From: Podarcis gaigeae
Lineage: Eukaryota
Length of the DNA: 64,000 bases
Assembly: GCA_964106915.2 (NCBI GenBank)
Contig: OZ066915.1
Direction: 5' to 3' (one strand)
Shown here in pieces: positions 1-12,772 of the stretch (position 1 is its first letter; each line of letters opens with the position of its first letter). A model generated the notes under the pieces. That model ran no database searches. It saw only the letters and a program-made list of their open reading frames with translations, and had not been told where the DNA came from. The translations under genes and the position numbers were made by a program.

Positions 1-89
1 CCAAATTTGGCATGACCATGCCATCGTCAAGAGTACTGTCGCCTACTCTGCCAAAATTCAGATCAGTCTATGGAACTGATTACTAACTA

Positions 90-306
90 CAGTGGAACCT
101 CGGGTTACATACTGTCCTCCTTAAGAACGCTTTGGGTAACAAGCTCCACTAACCCAGAAGTAGGTCTCCTAGTAGCGAACTTTGCCCTGGGATGCGAGCG
201 AAAGTCGTGCAACAATGGCATGGCAGCAGCGGGAGGCCCCATTAGTGAAAGCGCGCCTCAGGTTAAGAACAGTTTCGGGTTAAGAATGGACCTCCTGAAC
301 GATTAA
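90..306. mobile_element. Tc1/mariner-type MITE, one end truncated
   Basis: TA|cagtggaacctcgggttacatac terminus; homologous, in opposite orientation, to the complete copy at 34665-34890. Confidence 0.75.
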
Positions 307-1547
307 ATCTGCAAAAAAATTGAGTCAGAAGTCTTCCAGACTTGCACATTTTGAGAACATATTGCAACTTTCTGTTCTGTTAACTTTTCCTAGCGTGTGC
401 TCTGTAGTTTATGTTCTGTTTTATATTTGAGCCTGTTTGAATATCACTCCCCCTAACTTCTCCCCATTGACATACCCCCAACTGCTGTGGACTACAATTG
501 CATTCCCTTTCTGCTCATTTTCAGCCCAATCTCTTAACTGAGGAAAAACATGAGTGCAAGGTCTGTTCCCAGATTTCTCCCTTGAATAATCCATATGAAG
601 TGTGGATTGGGGTTGACAGGTCTTGTTGCTGAAGATATTTATATCAGCATTCTCACAAATTGATTTGAGAATCTTGTTAAGAAGCAATATATAAATTTAA
701 GGCTTATTTTTTAAAAACCTACTATAGAAAACTTGAGATGCAAAGAATGCAGGAGAAATTGAATGTTACACTATATGCATAGGAGACCTGCATTTATACT
801 TGTTTCCCTTCTATTTGGCAATTGTTGAAGCTTTGCTTTTATATTTAAGGATCATGCTACTGATTATAATTGGTCGTGAATTGCATTACCTAAATTGCTT
901 GAAAAGAAATGTCTTCGTAGCATGATTTGCAAGTGGCGTCCCAAGAGATTTAGACATTGTCTTTTCTGAAAAGGTAGACTCCTCAGTCTTTCATCTTAAT
1001 AATGAATTTAGCCACCAAAAATGAAAAACAGAGGAAAGGCAAGCATTGTCTCTGCATATCTCTGCAGGCATTGTCCTCATGTTTTGTAATCACAATAAGA
1101 CTGGTGGGATCCGCCTGTGCATTACAGTATGACTCAATCTGCAGGTTTCATTTATTAGTCAGTTAAAGCAAAGGAGGTGTGCTTGTAGTGACATAACATA
1201 TTTGCTGTATGTAGCAACACTGGTATGTGAAATGTTCAAGGAGAAGATTTTAGTGGCAGATAAATGGTAATTCAGTAGCCTAGCTTGGCGGGAATTCCCA
1301 GAACGTATGTGAAGCAGTAGTGGCCAGTGAGGAGAGCAGCTGCTGCACACCTTGTCTTCTGCCAGCAAAGTTTCTACAGTTACCAAGAGACAGAGAGGTG
1401 AGCCAGTGGGAAGGTTGGCACAGGCCTTCTGGCCACCTGGCCCCTGCCCTGTCAGTAAGTGGCAGCAGCTCTGCTGACAGGAGGCTGGGTGGGTGGTGTT
1501 GCCTCCCCCCCCTCCCAATGCTTTGCAGATACTGACTTTCCTCTTTA

Positions 1548-1875
1548 AAAGGTAAAGGGACCCCTGATCATTAGGTCCAGTCGCGGACGACTCTGGGGTT
1601 GCAACGCTCATCTCGCTTTATTGGCCAAGGGAGCTGGCGTACAGCTTCCGGGTCATGTGGCCAGCATGACTAAGCCACTTCTGGCAAACCAGAGCAGCGC
1701 ACGGAAACGCTGTTTACCTTCCTGCCGGAGTGGTACCTATTTATCTACTTGCACTTTGACATGCTTTCGAACTGGTAGGTTGGCAGGAGCATGGACCGAG
1801 CAACAGGAGCTCACCCCGTCACGGGGATTCAAACGTGGGTGGCACTGTGGGTTAAACCACAGAGCCTAGGGCTTG
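1548..1875 (-). mobile_element. Sauria SINE with inverted 5' head
   Basis: Minus-strand body 1548-1834 with (ACCTTT)-type tail, + strand head from ~1835, and 16-bp TSD ctgactttcctcttta at 1532-1547 and 1876-1891. Confidence 0.93.
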
Positions 1876-3409
1876 CTGACTTTCCTCTTTACTTTGGCTT
1901 AATTTTGTTGCTCATACAACAACTGGAGGCTCCTGGATTCTGAGAGGTGACATGTTCTTTCCCCTGCACACCAACTGTTGCTACCCTTGTGACGAAACAG
2001 AACTTTTCTGGCAGATTACTTTTAAGAGATTTAGGCTGAAGCACAGGTCCACCGCTCTCTCCACAAAGTGGGCCTTCAAGAAAACTAGTTAATGACTAGT
2101 TTAACCATCTGCATTAGAATGGCATTCTTATGGCATTCTGTGGCATTGCCTTGAGTTATAGCAAAACTGTTGGTAAGAATGATGGGGTATGGAGTGCTGC
2201 CTGTTGTTTGGAACCCGATTCATAAATCGATTTAAGGCTATCACCCCCTTCTTGATTTGCTGGTACTGCTTGCGGGGAACAACGGTGGCAGTACTCAGTG
2301 AGCGTGTGGCTACCTAAGGAAGAGTGAATGAATTTTACCCTATTCTCTCAATGAAAACCTGGCTTTGGAAGACAGCAGCCTGCTTGGGAGTAGGGCTACT
2401 GCGCATGAACACACATCTGTGTAATTGCTGCATAGGCGACTAGGTGCCCTTTACACTACAGTTTGTTGGCATTTCTTTTGGATCAGTACCCTCTGTTTGC
2501 TTTTATGAATTGAGGAGAGACTAATTTTTGAGCTTGTGGGTCAGGGGAGAGTGAATGTAACATTGTTTAGCTGGTGTTTTGTTAGTATTGTTTTATTGAA
2601 GATTTAGGAATTGTGTTGTTTAACCTGCAATTATGTATTATTTTGTCGTCGTCGTTTGCAGTGGAGGCAAAACATTTCTAAACATTTTCTCCTCAGAATC
2701 TCAAAGCCATACACTCTTTCCTGTCCTACAGACTTATAAGCTGTGGATCACTCAACAGATCCTAATGCAGTAGTATAGCCATCGCAAAGAAGTTTGGTTT
2801 CTGTGCTTGGCTGAATATGTCTCCACTTCTTTCACCAAACCTGGAAGATAGTCTCCCAAAACTCAGACATAAAGGAGGTTGACTGTGCTTAGTCTGGTGT
2901 GATGAACTCTGCACATGAGCAGAGATTATTATTTCACATTTTCAGGACTGAACCAAGCATTGCAGATATGTTCTGCTGTGCTCTGGTGTACCCTGGCTCA
3001 AATGAAAAACAAAACAAAACATTTTTTGTCTGTTGGTTGGAATACTTAGTTCTTTTAATTTAGAGAAAATTTGTTCTGGATAATGAATAATTAAATTGAT
3101 TTTTTGGGGGAGGAAAATTGTATGTAACTGGAAGCAAGTTTTACTCACATTTTAAAAGTTTTCAGTTTTTTTGCAATGGATGTGTAAACAATACATGAAT
3201 TCAGAAACTTACGTCATGTGGTATGATTTAATTTCTAAATAAGAGGTATGGAGTCAGTTTTGTCAGAAAATCATACTTAGGCCCTCTCTAAATGGAAGCT
3301 TTTTCCCTGCCCACAGATAAGAACAATTGTGTTGTTTGTTCTTTAGAGAGGAGGAGACAGTGACACTTTGGACATGTGCTATACAAATCATATTGTGATG
3401 AAAACAACA

Positions 3410-3492
3410 AGGTTTTTGTTTTGTTTATATCCCGCCCATTTGGCTCAGTTTCTCTAGCCACTCTGGGCGGCTTACAACACATCAGACATTAA
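3410..3492 (-). mobile_element. L2 LINE 3' terminal fragment
   Basis: tttatatcccgcccat...agccactctgggcggctt is the reverse complement of the 3'UTR of the L2 at 63110-63190. Confidence 0.75.
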
Positions 3493-3954
3493 AAAACAAA
3501 ATATCCTATACAAGCAACAAACAAACCAATAAATCAATAGAAACCAACAACAACAAACAGTTTACAGTTATACCCAAATTAAAATAACCACCAACCCCAA
3601 CTAAACATTTATCCAACACCAACCTGACAAAAACAGAGGAACCAAAATTAGAACCATTTTAAACATTATAAAACATTTTAGCCAGTTGCCTCAATCCAAG
3701 AGTTGTTCCAGCAGTGTTTGAATGGCCTCCCAGGAGCCTCTTTTTATCTGTTCAAAGTGAGTGTGGCCCTGCCCCCTAGGCCAGGTAAAAAGGGAGCGGT
3801 CTTTCTTCCAACACTCAGGCAGCAGCTGGTTAAAAACTTCTCACCCTGCCAAGTCAAAATGTTACCAGCTACCACTTGTAAACCACTTTGGGATTCACTT
3901 GAATGGAAAATGGCACAGAAATACACTTAATCTGAAATACTAAATAAATGTGAG

Positions 3955-4290
3955 TGTTGGAAGATTCAGGCCAAAAGTATTTCTTTACACAGTGCACGGT
4001 TAAATCATGGGATTAGTTCCTGCAAGAGGTGCTGATGACCACCAACTTGGACGGCTTTAACATAGGATTAGACACATTCGTGAAGCATGAAGCTATGCAT
4101 GGCTGCTAGCCATGATGGCCGTGTTCTTACCTCCAAATGTAGTATGCTTCTCAATACCAGTTGCTGGGAATTGCAGGTGGAGAGAGCCCTCTTGGTCTCG
4201 GGTTATGCCTGTGGCTGGTTGGCCATTGTGAGAACATAATACTGGACTAGAAGGGCTTTTGGCGCCTGATTCAGCAGGGTCTTCCTGTAT
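3955..4290 (+). mobile_element. CR1 LINE 3' fragment (old)
   Basis: Degenerate ORF2 end (ttctttacacag...ggattagacacattc) and 3'UTR; similar to 46275-46518. Confidence 0.75.
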
Positions 4291-5647
4291 TTTTTCTCTA
4301 CTTGGCAATGAAAAGGGTTTCCCAGAATGATTTGGAACCCGCTAAGCAAAGGAATGAGAGGGCAAGAGATGAGGGATAAAGCAAACTGTTCTCAAGAGTT
4401 CCCTCTTTTTATGTTCTGGTTTAGTTGCCATTAACTGTTTACTCCTTTCTCTCCTCCTCTCACACCTGCTGCCGCTGCGTCTAGCTAGGCATAGACAGCC
4501 ACTTACTGCTCAGTTGCGGAGAACTGGCAGTGTTCATTGGTGGCAGTTTGGGCAGGGCTGCATGTGCTGTAATGACTGTGATGAATGCTGTGGGAGCAGA
4601 GAAGAAAAGCTTGGCAGGCTGCTGTCAGAGCCTGTGGCGCACATGTGAAATTCTCCAGCAGCAGTCTGTATTGGAGCAGCTGTGAAATCATGGAGAGAAG
4701 CCAGACAGCTTGGAAACAGCCATTCACCACTTAACCCTCAGCCGTGGGAGCCCATTTACAGAGGGGATAAATAAGGCAACATGCTACTCCTACCCCCTGC
4801 AATGTCTCCCTCCTGTTTCTAAGCCTCTCTTTCCTGATCTATCGAAGCCCCTTCAAGCACCCTTGGAACACTTGAGGAACCTAAGGCAAAGTAATCCAGT
4901 TAATAAAATGGACTTAGTTTTCTTATAGAAATGGCTAGGATTTCTGTTACATGCCTTCAGAAGATGACTGTTCAAAAGAAAAATATGCGACAATCTAATT
5001 AAAACTACTTCTTTTTAACTTGATGCATTTTCAAGCTCAGAATTCTCATCATAGAAATTATTGTCCTAATTGTGGTAATAGAGCTAATTATTTCATTGAT
5101 TGTGGCATCTACACAGTCTCTGTTTGAGTCACAGCTCTACCTGTAGCTTTCATTCTGCATGAGAGCTATAGCTGCAGAGCTAGAATTAGCCTACAGATGG
5201 AATTACTTATTTTTCACTAATTTTTAGCTGATAGTAGAAATGTGAGGTGCTATTGAACACATCTGTATTTGCTTGTAGCAATGACGTCTGTGATGGGTTG
5301 GCTGAGCTGGTGTAATGGCATGAAATGTTCATTTGATGAGTTAATAAAGCAGCTCAACATCTGGGTAAGAAGGAAAAGTTCAATTGAAACACAGAAGGTG
5401 GGGTCTGGAAAGAGAGAATAGGGTTTCTGAGGATCGGAGAGCCCAAAGAAAATGAGGCTTAAAAAGTGTGCAGAGTAGGCAGTAGATGGAAGAAGCTTGG
5501 GGGAAAGAGGTACACAGCTAAGTGGGGCTAGGTACACAATTAACAGCACTCCCAATAATTTTAAGGATAATTTTAAAAGTGAGACAAACACAACTACTTT
5601 GAGAGTGGGTAATTTAGAGTAGCAAGGGAAAGGGCATTTGATTATTT

Positions 5648-5845
5648 CCACTGCTGCATCACACTGTTGACTCATGTGGTCCACCAAGACCCCTAGATCC
5701 TTTTCACATGTACTGCTAGTAAGCCAGATGTCCCCCATCCTATATTTGTGCATCTGGTTCTTCCTGCCTAAGTGCAGAACCTTACATTTGTCCCTATTGA
5801 AATTCATTTTGTTCAGGTCATTTTGAATTCTGATTCCGTCTTCCT
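5648..5845 (-). mobile_element. CR1 ORF2 internal fragment
   Basis: Minus-strand translation MNFNRDKCKVLHLGRKNQMHKYRMGDIWLTSSTCEKDLGVLVD...SQQCDAA is the canonical CR1 post-RT motif. Confidence 0.9.
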
Positions 5846-6170
5846 CACAAGGTTTTTCTAAATTGTTGTGCAGAGTAGACTGTAGGTATAATACTAGCAG
5901 CATATAAGTCAGGATTCGTGCATCTTGGAAACTTTTGGTCATGTTCCTTTTTTGAATAGCACAGCTGTGGGGGAAATGTACTTTTTGCACAGGGTATTTG
6001 TAATACAAGATGCTTGGCCAATCACAAGTGGGTAAGGGGGTGGCTCATCAGGGCCTGGCGCTCCTTTTTGCTACGTGCATTTTCTTGGAGCAATCCTGGT
6101 TTGTTTCTGGTGGGAGAGGGTGATTGCTGATGCTCCCATTTTGACCAGCAGGGTAATTTTGGATAAATTA

Positions 6171-6355
6171 CCATATTTTTTGCCCTATAGGGCACACCTA
6201 GTTTTTTTTTTGGGGGGGGAATAAGGAACTCCCACCGGGCTCCCTAGGCTGTACGGATATCTGCCCAAAGCCTGCACTCACCCCATAGGATGCACACACA
6301 TTTCCCCTTCATTTTTGGAGGAGAAAAAGTGCGTCCTATAGGGCGAAAAATACGG
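6171..6355. mobile_element. Tc1/mariner(pogo)-type MITE
   Basis: TA flanks; TIRs ccatattttttgccctatagg / cctatagggcgaaaaatacgg. Confidence 0.85.
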
Positions 6356-7225
6356 TACAAAAATTATAAATAAAACTTGTTCGGTTTGCAAACAAAGCAT
6401 TTAAATGACTACTTTTTTACTGGTGGGACAGGGGCATGGGTGTAGCCAGGATTTTTGTTAGGGGGGGATAGGGTTTGGGAGGGCAGAACCTCTGTTTTGT
6501 ATTGATTTTTACTTATTTGGGGGATGGCTGCTGCCCCCCTGCCCTCCCTTGGCTATGTTCATTGGGGAGGGGCACAGGAAGGAAACAAGGTCGGAAGGGG
6601 GCCATGGTTGGAAAAAGGTTGGGAAACACTCGGCTAATCTATTTTGTGTCCCAAGATGAGAAGTGAATGTAGAATTTCGGTTTTCAAGATTGGGCTAGAG
6701 CTGTAGAATGTACAGTTCTTTACTCATGCTTAAATTAGTGTTTGCTGGAGCTCTCTGTCCACTATTACTAAGCAGGTTTTGTGTTTTCTCTTTTGTGAAA
6801 TATATACAAAATAGTATGTGTTTAATTGGCATATATGACAAATATGACCCAAGTGCATGCTTCATAATAACCGCTCTGTAAACTTCTGATGAAAGGCGGT
6901 CTACAAATTTAATAAATAAAATAAAAACTACTACTACTCTGAGTTTGTGACATGTATCTATTTCCTTTTTTATGGAAAGCTGCAAATATATATGTATCTG
7001 CCCCTGGAGTATACAAAATTGATTCTATTTTGTGCATAACAGAGGTGTAGGAAGAGGGAGTATTTTCCTTCAAAGAAGGAAAAGTTGAAAAACTAGGTCA
7101 AAGATTCAGTTTGAGAGGCATGAGGCTTCCATCCCTCCACTCTTCCCCCATTTCCTATCTATGAAACTCTTTCCTCACCCTCACCTGGTTCACTTGATTT
7201 TATATACCAGTGAGTGAGAAGCTGC

Positions 7226-7226
<1 letters not shown>

Positions 7227-7271
<45 letters not shown>

Positions 7272-7292
7272 TTATTTATACCCCGCCCATCT
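7227..7292 (-). repeat. (AAT)n microsatellite forming the tail of a minimal L2 insertion
   Basis: (aat)n followed by tttatttataccccgcccatct, the reverse complement of the L2 3' end. Confidence 0.85.
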
Positions 7293-7313
7293 TTTCCCAA
7301 ATAACTCATTTGC

Positions 7314-7685
7314 GTAAAGGTAAAGGACCTCTGACGGTTAAGTCCAGTCACAGGTGATTCTGGGGTTGCAGCGCTCATCTCGCTTTACAGGCCGAGGGAG
7401 CCGGCGTTTGTCCGCAGACAGTTTTTGCGGGTCATGCGGCCAGCATGACTAAGCCGCTTCTGGTGCAACAGAACACCGAAACCAGAGCAGTGCACGGAAA
7501 CCCTGTTTACCTTCCCACCGGAGCGGTACCTATTTATCTTCTTTCACTTTTTGGCATGCTTTCGAACTGCTGGAGCTGGAACCGAGCAATGGGAGCTCAC
7601 CCCATCGCAGGGATTCGAACTGCCGACCTTCTGTTTGGCAAGCCCAAGAGGCTCAGTGGTTTAGACCACAGTGCTCCTCGCGTGC
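7314..7685 (-). mobile_element. Sauria SINE, full length
   Basis: tRNA-like head with B box (gttcgaatccc on the minus strand), ACCTTT tail, 11-bp TSD aactcatttgc at 7303-7313 and 7686-7696. Confidence 0.95.
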
Positions 7686-9500
7686 AACTCATTTGCCCAG
7701 TTTTATCTAAATCACACCTGAGAGAAAGCGAAGCCCCTTTACACAAGAAAGCAATTTCCTATAAAGACTGAACTATTTTTTACTGAGATTTTCCTGTGTA
7801 AGCAGCACTAAGTTTTTCTGCGCTCTTATGATGTACTGGAAAAAGCTGGCTGGGGTCAGAGGACTGGCATAGGAGAATAGCATACTATTTGGTCTGGTGT
7901 AATTAAACTCTTTTGAGTGGAATCACTTTTTAAAAAGGTTTTAAAAGGTTTCCTATTTGTTGAATTGACAAGTATTTTTCTGTGTTGAATGTGTGTATCA
8001 ATTTTTGTGTGAGTTTAGCTCAGTTTTTTCAAGGAGATGACATGATTAATTGGGCTCTAAATAATCTAATACAGATCATTAATTGGGCTTTAAATAATCC
8101 AATACAGATCATGTTTATCATTCTCACTACTTAATGCAGCTAATAATTCTGTCGAATTTTCATTGACATGGGAAGGATGTTGAAATCTGCAGACTGGTAC
8201 ACATTTAACTGTAGAGATCCTGTGGGGTATGCCTTTCTGTTAGTCTAAAAGCATTAAGAAACAACAGATTCTATCAACTTTTTTGAGCATTTGAGTAATG
8301 CTAAATTATCGCTGGTGCTCATTCCATTCTGTCAGATATATGCAGATTTATGCATATCATGATTTTTCTGGGTTTTGTTTTAAAAACAGGGTTTTGCATG
8401 AAATGGCAGATGAAGACAAAATTTTGACAAGAAATGCCCATATTGTATAGCAGTATTTAAAGTAGCACCTGCTAAGCATTCTTCAGTGGCACTACTTGCC
8501 TCAAAGATAGAATGGAGTGAAGTTTAGAATCTCATATCAAAGCATGATTGTATCCATAGGTGTTGGAATTAATACTAATTTATATTATCTAATGTGCTGT
8601 ACAGTTTTTGAAACAAGCAGCATTAAAAAAAATTACACAGATTTTTTCTGAGCAACCGATTCATTTTGACTGCAGCAATTGAAAGATAAACAAAATACTG
8701 TATTTTTTATGGTAGATGAGTGTCTTTATATTAGGGAGGGGATGGAGCTCTCAAAAATTCTTTGTTTCATTCTGGTTTGGCTTTTACAGAGTATTTTATT
8801 GAACATGCTTTGTTTGGTAATTTTTATGAGGCCTTTCATAATTACAAATAATAAATAAAGTTTACTTTTCAAGCACATGGCAAAAGTTTATCTGGTTGTG
8901 TAGTACACAGTTGCATTGTAACAGAGTTATTCATGTGGAGCACAAAGTTGGGCGAATGTAGTTCAATTTTCCAAAGCCAATAGGTAAACTTGTGATTTGC
9001 TTTGTGCTTTGCGTTACAGGAAGAGAATCGTATTCATAAATGTTTAGGGACCCTTCTTACTAAAATATCTTCATAAGTAGCACTTTGGCAGCTCTGTGTT
9101 TTCATGTTTTGTTGCTGCATCTCTGAGGAAGGTTATATCTGTAACATTGCCATTCTGTCTGGTTATACCCTGTTTGGTGGCTTTTGAACTCTGAGATGAG
9201 TGCTGGAATTATCCAGATCTGTGAAAAGAAAAATTTATAACCATACTTTAAGACATACAGAAGTTAAAATACTAAAACAAATCCCTTTTAGATTAAGCTA
9301 AGCAGAAGCCAGAGGGTTTTCTTCTGACTCTCAGAAATGGCTCCTAGGGTTCTCTGTGATGTTCTTTATAACATACCTAGGAGATGCTGCTGGACTCCAA
9401 CCAATATCAGTCGCAGCCAGAATGGCAAATAGGGATTATGGCAGTTGCAGCCCAACAACACCTGGAAGGTACCAGGTTAACCTTTCCTAGAGGAGATTGA

Positions 9501-9503
9501 ATA

Positions 9504-9547
<44 letters not shown>

Positions 9548-9866
9548 AATTTATTATTTATACCCCGCCCATCTGGCTGGGTTTCCCCAGCCACTCTGGG
9601 CGGCTTCCAACAAAATATTAAAATACAGTGGTCTGTTAAACATTAAAAGCTTCCCTAAACAGGGCTGCCTTCAGATGTCTTCTAAAAGTCTGGTAGTTGT
9701 TCTTCTCTTCGACATCTGGTGGGAGGGCATTCCACAGGCCGGGTGCCACTACCGAGAAGGCCCTCTGCCTGGTTCCCTGTAACTTGGCTTCTCGCAGTGA
9801 GGGAACTGCCAGAAGGCCCTCAGCACTGCACCTCAGTGTCCAGGCAGAACGATGGGGGTGGAATAT
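9501..9866 (-). mobile_element. L2 LINE 3' fragment with (TCA)n tail
   Basis: ORF 9636..9923(-) ends LLAVPSLREAKLQGTRQRAFSVVAPGLWNALP...REAFNV, matching the C-terminus of ORF 61350..63110. Confidence 0.95.
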
Positions 9867-11474
9867 GGTCTGAAATGAGTTGGGCAGCAGCAGCAGCGAT
9901 TCCCTTTGCAATCTAATAGGCACTCCAGGAAAGAGGCATCAACAGCCCTCAAACAAAATGCTCTTTATAATTAATTCATTATCAGCACTATTATTTATAC
10001 TGTTCAATGCCAAAACAAACCTCCAAACAGATTACAAGTAGTAGACATACGTTTTTACATAAGGCAACTAAATTGATAAAGCCTACCTGTTTAATGTGAG
10101 GGCAGCGTAATGAACTTGGGGAAGTGTGTACATACATTCAAAATATGGCAGGAGTTATTCTAAAATTAAACATATGGGGAAAGAGGCAAAAGACCTGCTA
10201 AATTGTATAGGTTGAAAGTATGCCTGCATTGTATAGGGTGGAATATAATAGAGGGTTATTATGAGATGCTGTCCGGCCCCATTATGAGGAGCATCTGGTT
10301 TGGAACAAATTATCCCCCGGGGATGCAGGGGAAATGTATATTATTGCTCAATTGAGGAGGATAGAATTTGGCATTGAGAGTTCAGGGACACATAATAGTA
10401 ATTCAGAGAGGTCATAGCACCATAGGGTAAAACGTGTGCCAAAGACATTTAGAGAGATACAACATGTACAAGTTATCTACATGCTAATGCTAGAAGCTTC
10501 TGAGTCAAGATGGATTTTTGGTCTTAGAGGACTGCACAGATACAGTGGGCACAATGGAAACCTGGTAGACGGAGTGGGGATGAAAGCCCTTTGAAGCAGC
10601 TCACTATTCTCCTTTCAGCCTCAAGCTAGTGGCACCAGGGTTGGGGAGACAACTCTCCCGTACTCCTCCACTGCCTCTGCCTCTTCACTTAAAGGACAAG
10701 TACAAGCTGCTTCAAGGAAGGCTTTTGCAAAGCATATTAACGGAGCCTCCAGCACTAAGCAGGACACAGACACCCCAATTGGCCAATGCAATGGAAGGGG
10801 GAGCCAGCTTGTTCTGGGCACGTGCCTGAGCTTACTGCACGGAGGTCTCTGGCACACCCAAACCCAGCACTCAGCAGGATCATACCATGTCCCCCTGGGC
10901 GCCAGCTGATGTGACAAGGATCCTGCTAGGTGCAAGTGTACAAGAGAGCTTTCTACAGGGAGTTCTCTCTCACGCACATGAACCCGGCCAGTTTGGAAGA
11001 GCATGTAACAGAAAGTAAGGCACTACCAATGGGAAGGTTTCTTCCTTTGAAAGGAAGTGGGGGGAGTTCCCATTAGTAGCACCTTGCTGCCTGCTGCCTG
11101 CCTTGAAGTCCTGACTTTGGGACTTCAAAGCACCAAATCCGCTGATTCATTTGTGACCCACTCCTGTCAAATTTGGCCCATGACAATTTTTTACATTTTG
11201 TGGCTAAAACTTGAATTTACATTTACTTTGGATAATAAGGATTTGTATGCAGTGTATTCACTTGGAATTATATTCTTCTTTGGAACTTTGCTAGAAATTT
11301 GGGTTACATTTTTAAACCTTTACTTAGTTTTCTAGAGGGGGTCATGGTACTGCTATTTCATTTTAAAATCTACTTTTCTAGTAAAGTGCCCTGGTAGAAC
11401 CATGATGCACAAAGCAGAAGTAGGGGAGACCATAGCCTGAATCTATCCTGTGAGTATCCCTGACTCTATCCTGT

Positions 11475-11617
11475 GAGTATCTCAACTGGTAGGCCATGAG
11501 ACTCTACATCTCAGGAACATGCATTTGAGCCTCACGTCAGGCAAAAGATTCCTTCCTTCCAAGGGTTTGGACTAGATGGCCCTCATGGTTCCTTCCAACT
11601 CAACAATTCTATGATTC
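11475..11617 (+). mobile_element. tRNA-derived SINE with CR1-type tail (degenerate)
   Basis: Degenerate tRNA-Lys-like head and tail ttccaactc...attctatgattc; homologous to 24353-24495. Confidence 0.7.
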
Positions 11618-12509
11618 CTCAGTGCTGAAGTAGTTTTCAGGTAGTATTTAATGTAGTTTCTTGTGCCAGAAAGTCATGTTTGCAAATAAATCCATAGATG
11701 TTATTAGCCCGTGAAAACATTTATCAATAACGGTTTTCCATGCTAAGTAAAGATCTATTTTCTGTGTTTTCTCCAGTAAGCATTGGCCTCATATTGTTGT
11801 TGCATATTGTTTCTCTCTGTCACATTTTGATGTTTAAAAAGAAAGCACATGTTGTGCTAGGCATTCTGTAGACCTAAGCAGATTAGACTGGTTTCAAATT
11901 ATATAGCAAAAGCATGGCAAACTGGGTGACACCAGCAAAAGGAAATCAAGGTCCCGTGAAGTGATGAAAATGTTTTGGTCAGCGAGAGAGTGGAAGATTG
12001 ATACTTTTCTGCTGATACTTTCACAGTTCATATCTGCATCCTTTACTGGAAGCTCCCATTTTAAATAAGTACTAAAAATAGCCAAGGCTCTGTAAGTTTG
12101 GGTAGGATAATCTAAAAAATGTGGTGTCAGCTCTGCAAGGATATAGTGTTTTGTGGGTTATTTCTCCTTTATTATACAATACTTTATTGTAAAGAACAAG
12201 GCTGTGAAAGATCAAACTAGTAATGACCAGTTATTCCATTTTGCAAAATATGAGGGATATTGCAAATGCTGATAGCAAATGAGATATTTGCCTACTGCTA
12301 TTTCTTTGATGATGGAAATCTATATGCTTTGTATATACATGGCACTTCAGGTGATAAATGTTTAGCAAGGCTCCTAACACAGTGGCAAGTGAAACCTCAT
12401 CCAGGGCTCAGGGAATCAGTAGCAGTAGTCTTCTCTTAATTGTAATTGGCCCTGTCATTTTTGAATATAAAGCAAATGAAGTGGCTTATTATTAGCTCTT
12501 GTTCCAGCT

Positions 12510-12772
12510 GAGAGCCAGAGTGGTGTAGTGGTTAAGAGTGGTAGACTCGTAATCTGGTGAATCAGGTTTGTCCCCGCTCCTCCACATGCAGCTGCTGGGT
12601 GACCTCGGGCCAGTCACACTTCTCTGAAGTCTCAGCCCCACTCACCTCAGAGTGTTTGTTGTTGGGGAGGAAGGGAAAGGAGAATGTTAGCCGCTTTGAG
12701 ACTCCTTAGGGTAGTGATAAAGCTGGATATCAAATCCAGACTCCTCCGACTCCTCCTCCTCTTCTTCTTCTT
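12510..12772 (+). mobile_element. Squam3-like tRNA-derived SINE
   Basis: gagagccag.gtggtgtagtggttaagag head (A box), body shared with 47898-48140, (CTC/CTT)n tail. Confidence 0.85.

Noticed and set aside
5250-6008. 252-aa minus-strand ORF as a novel gene
   Set aside because: Only the central ~65 aa are meaningful and they are CR1 ORF2; the flanks are chance open frame.
10090-11010. Possible LTR (ends in ...tgtaaca; shares atgctagaagc...caagatgg with ~27100-27127)
   Set aside because: Could not define both termini or a TSD; probably a degraded repeat, so not called.
11436-11481. 23-bp tandem duplication (and an 18-bp one at ~25566-25601)
   Set aside because: Two-copy local duplications are common slippage or repair products; not CRISPR-like and no evidence of function.
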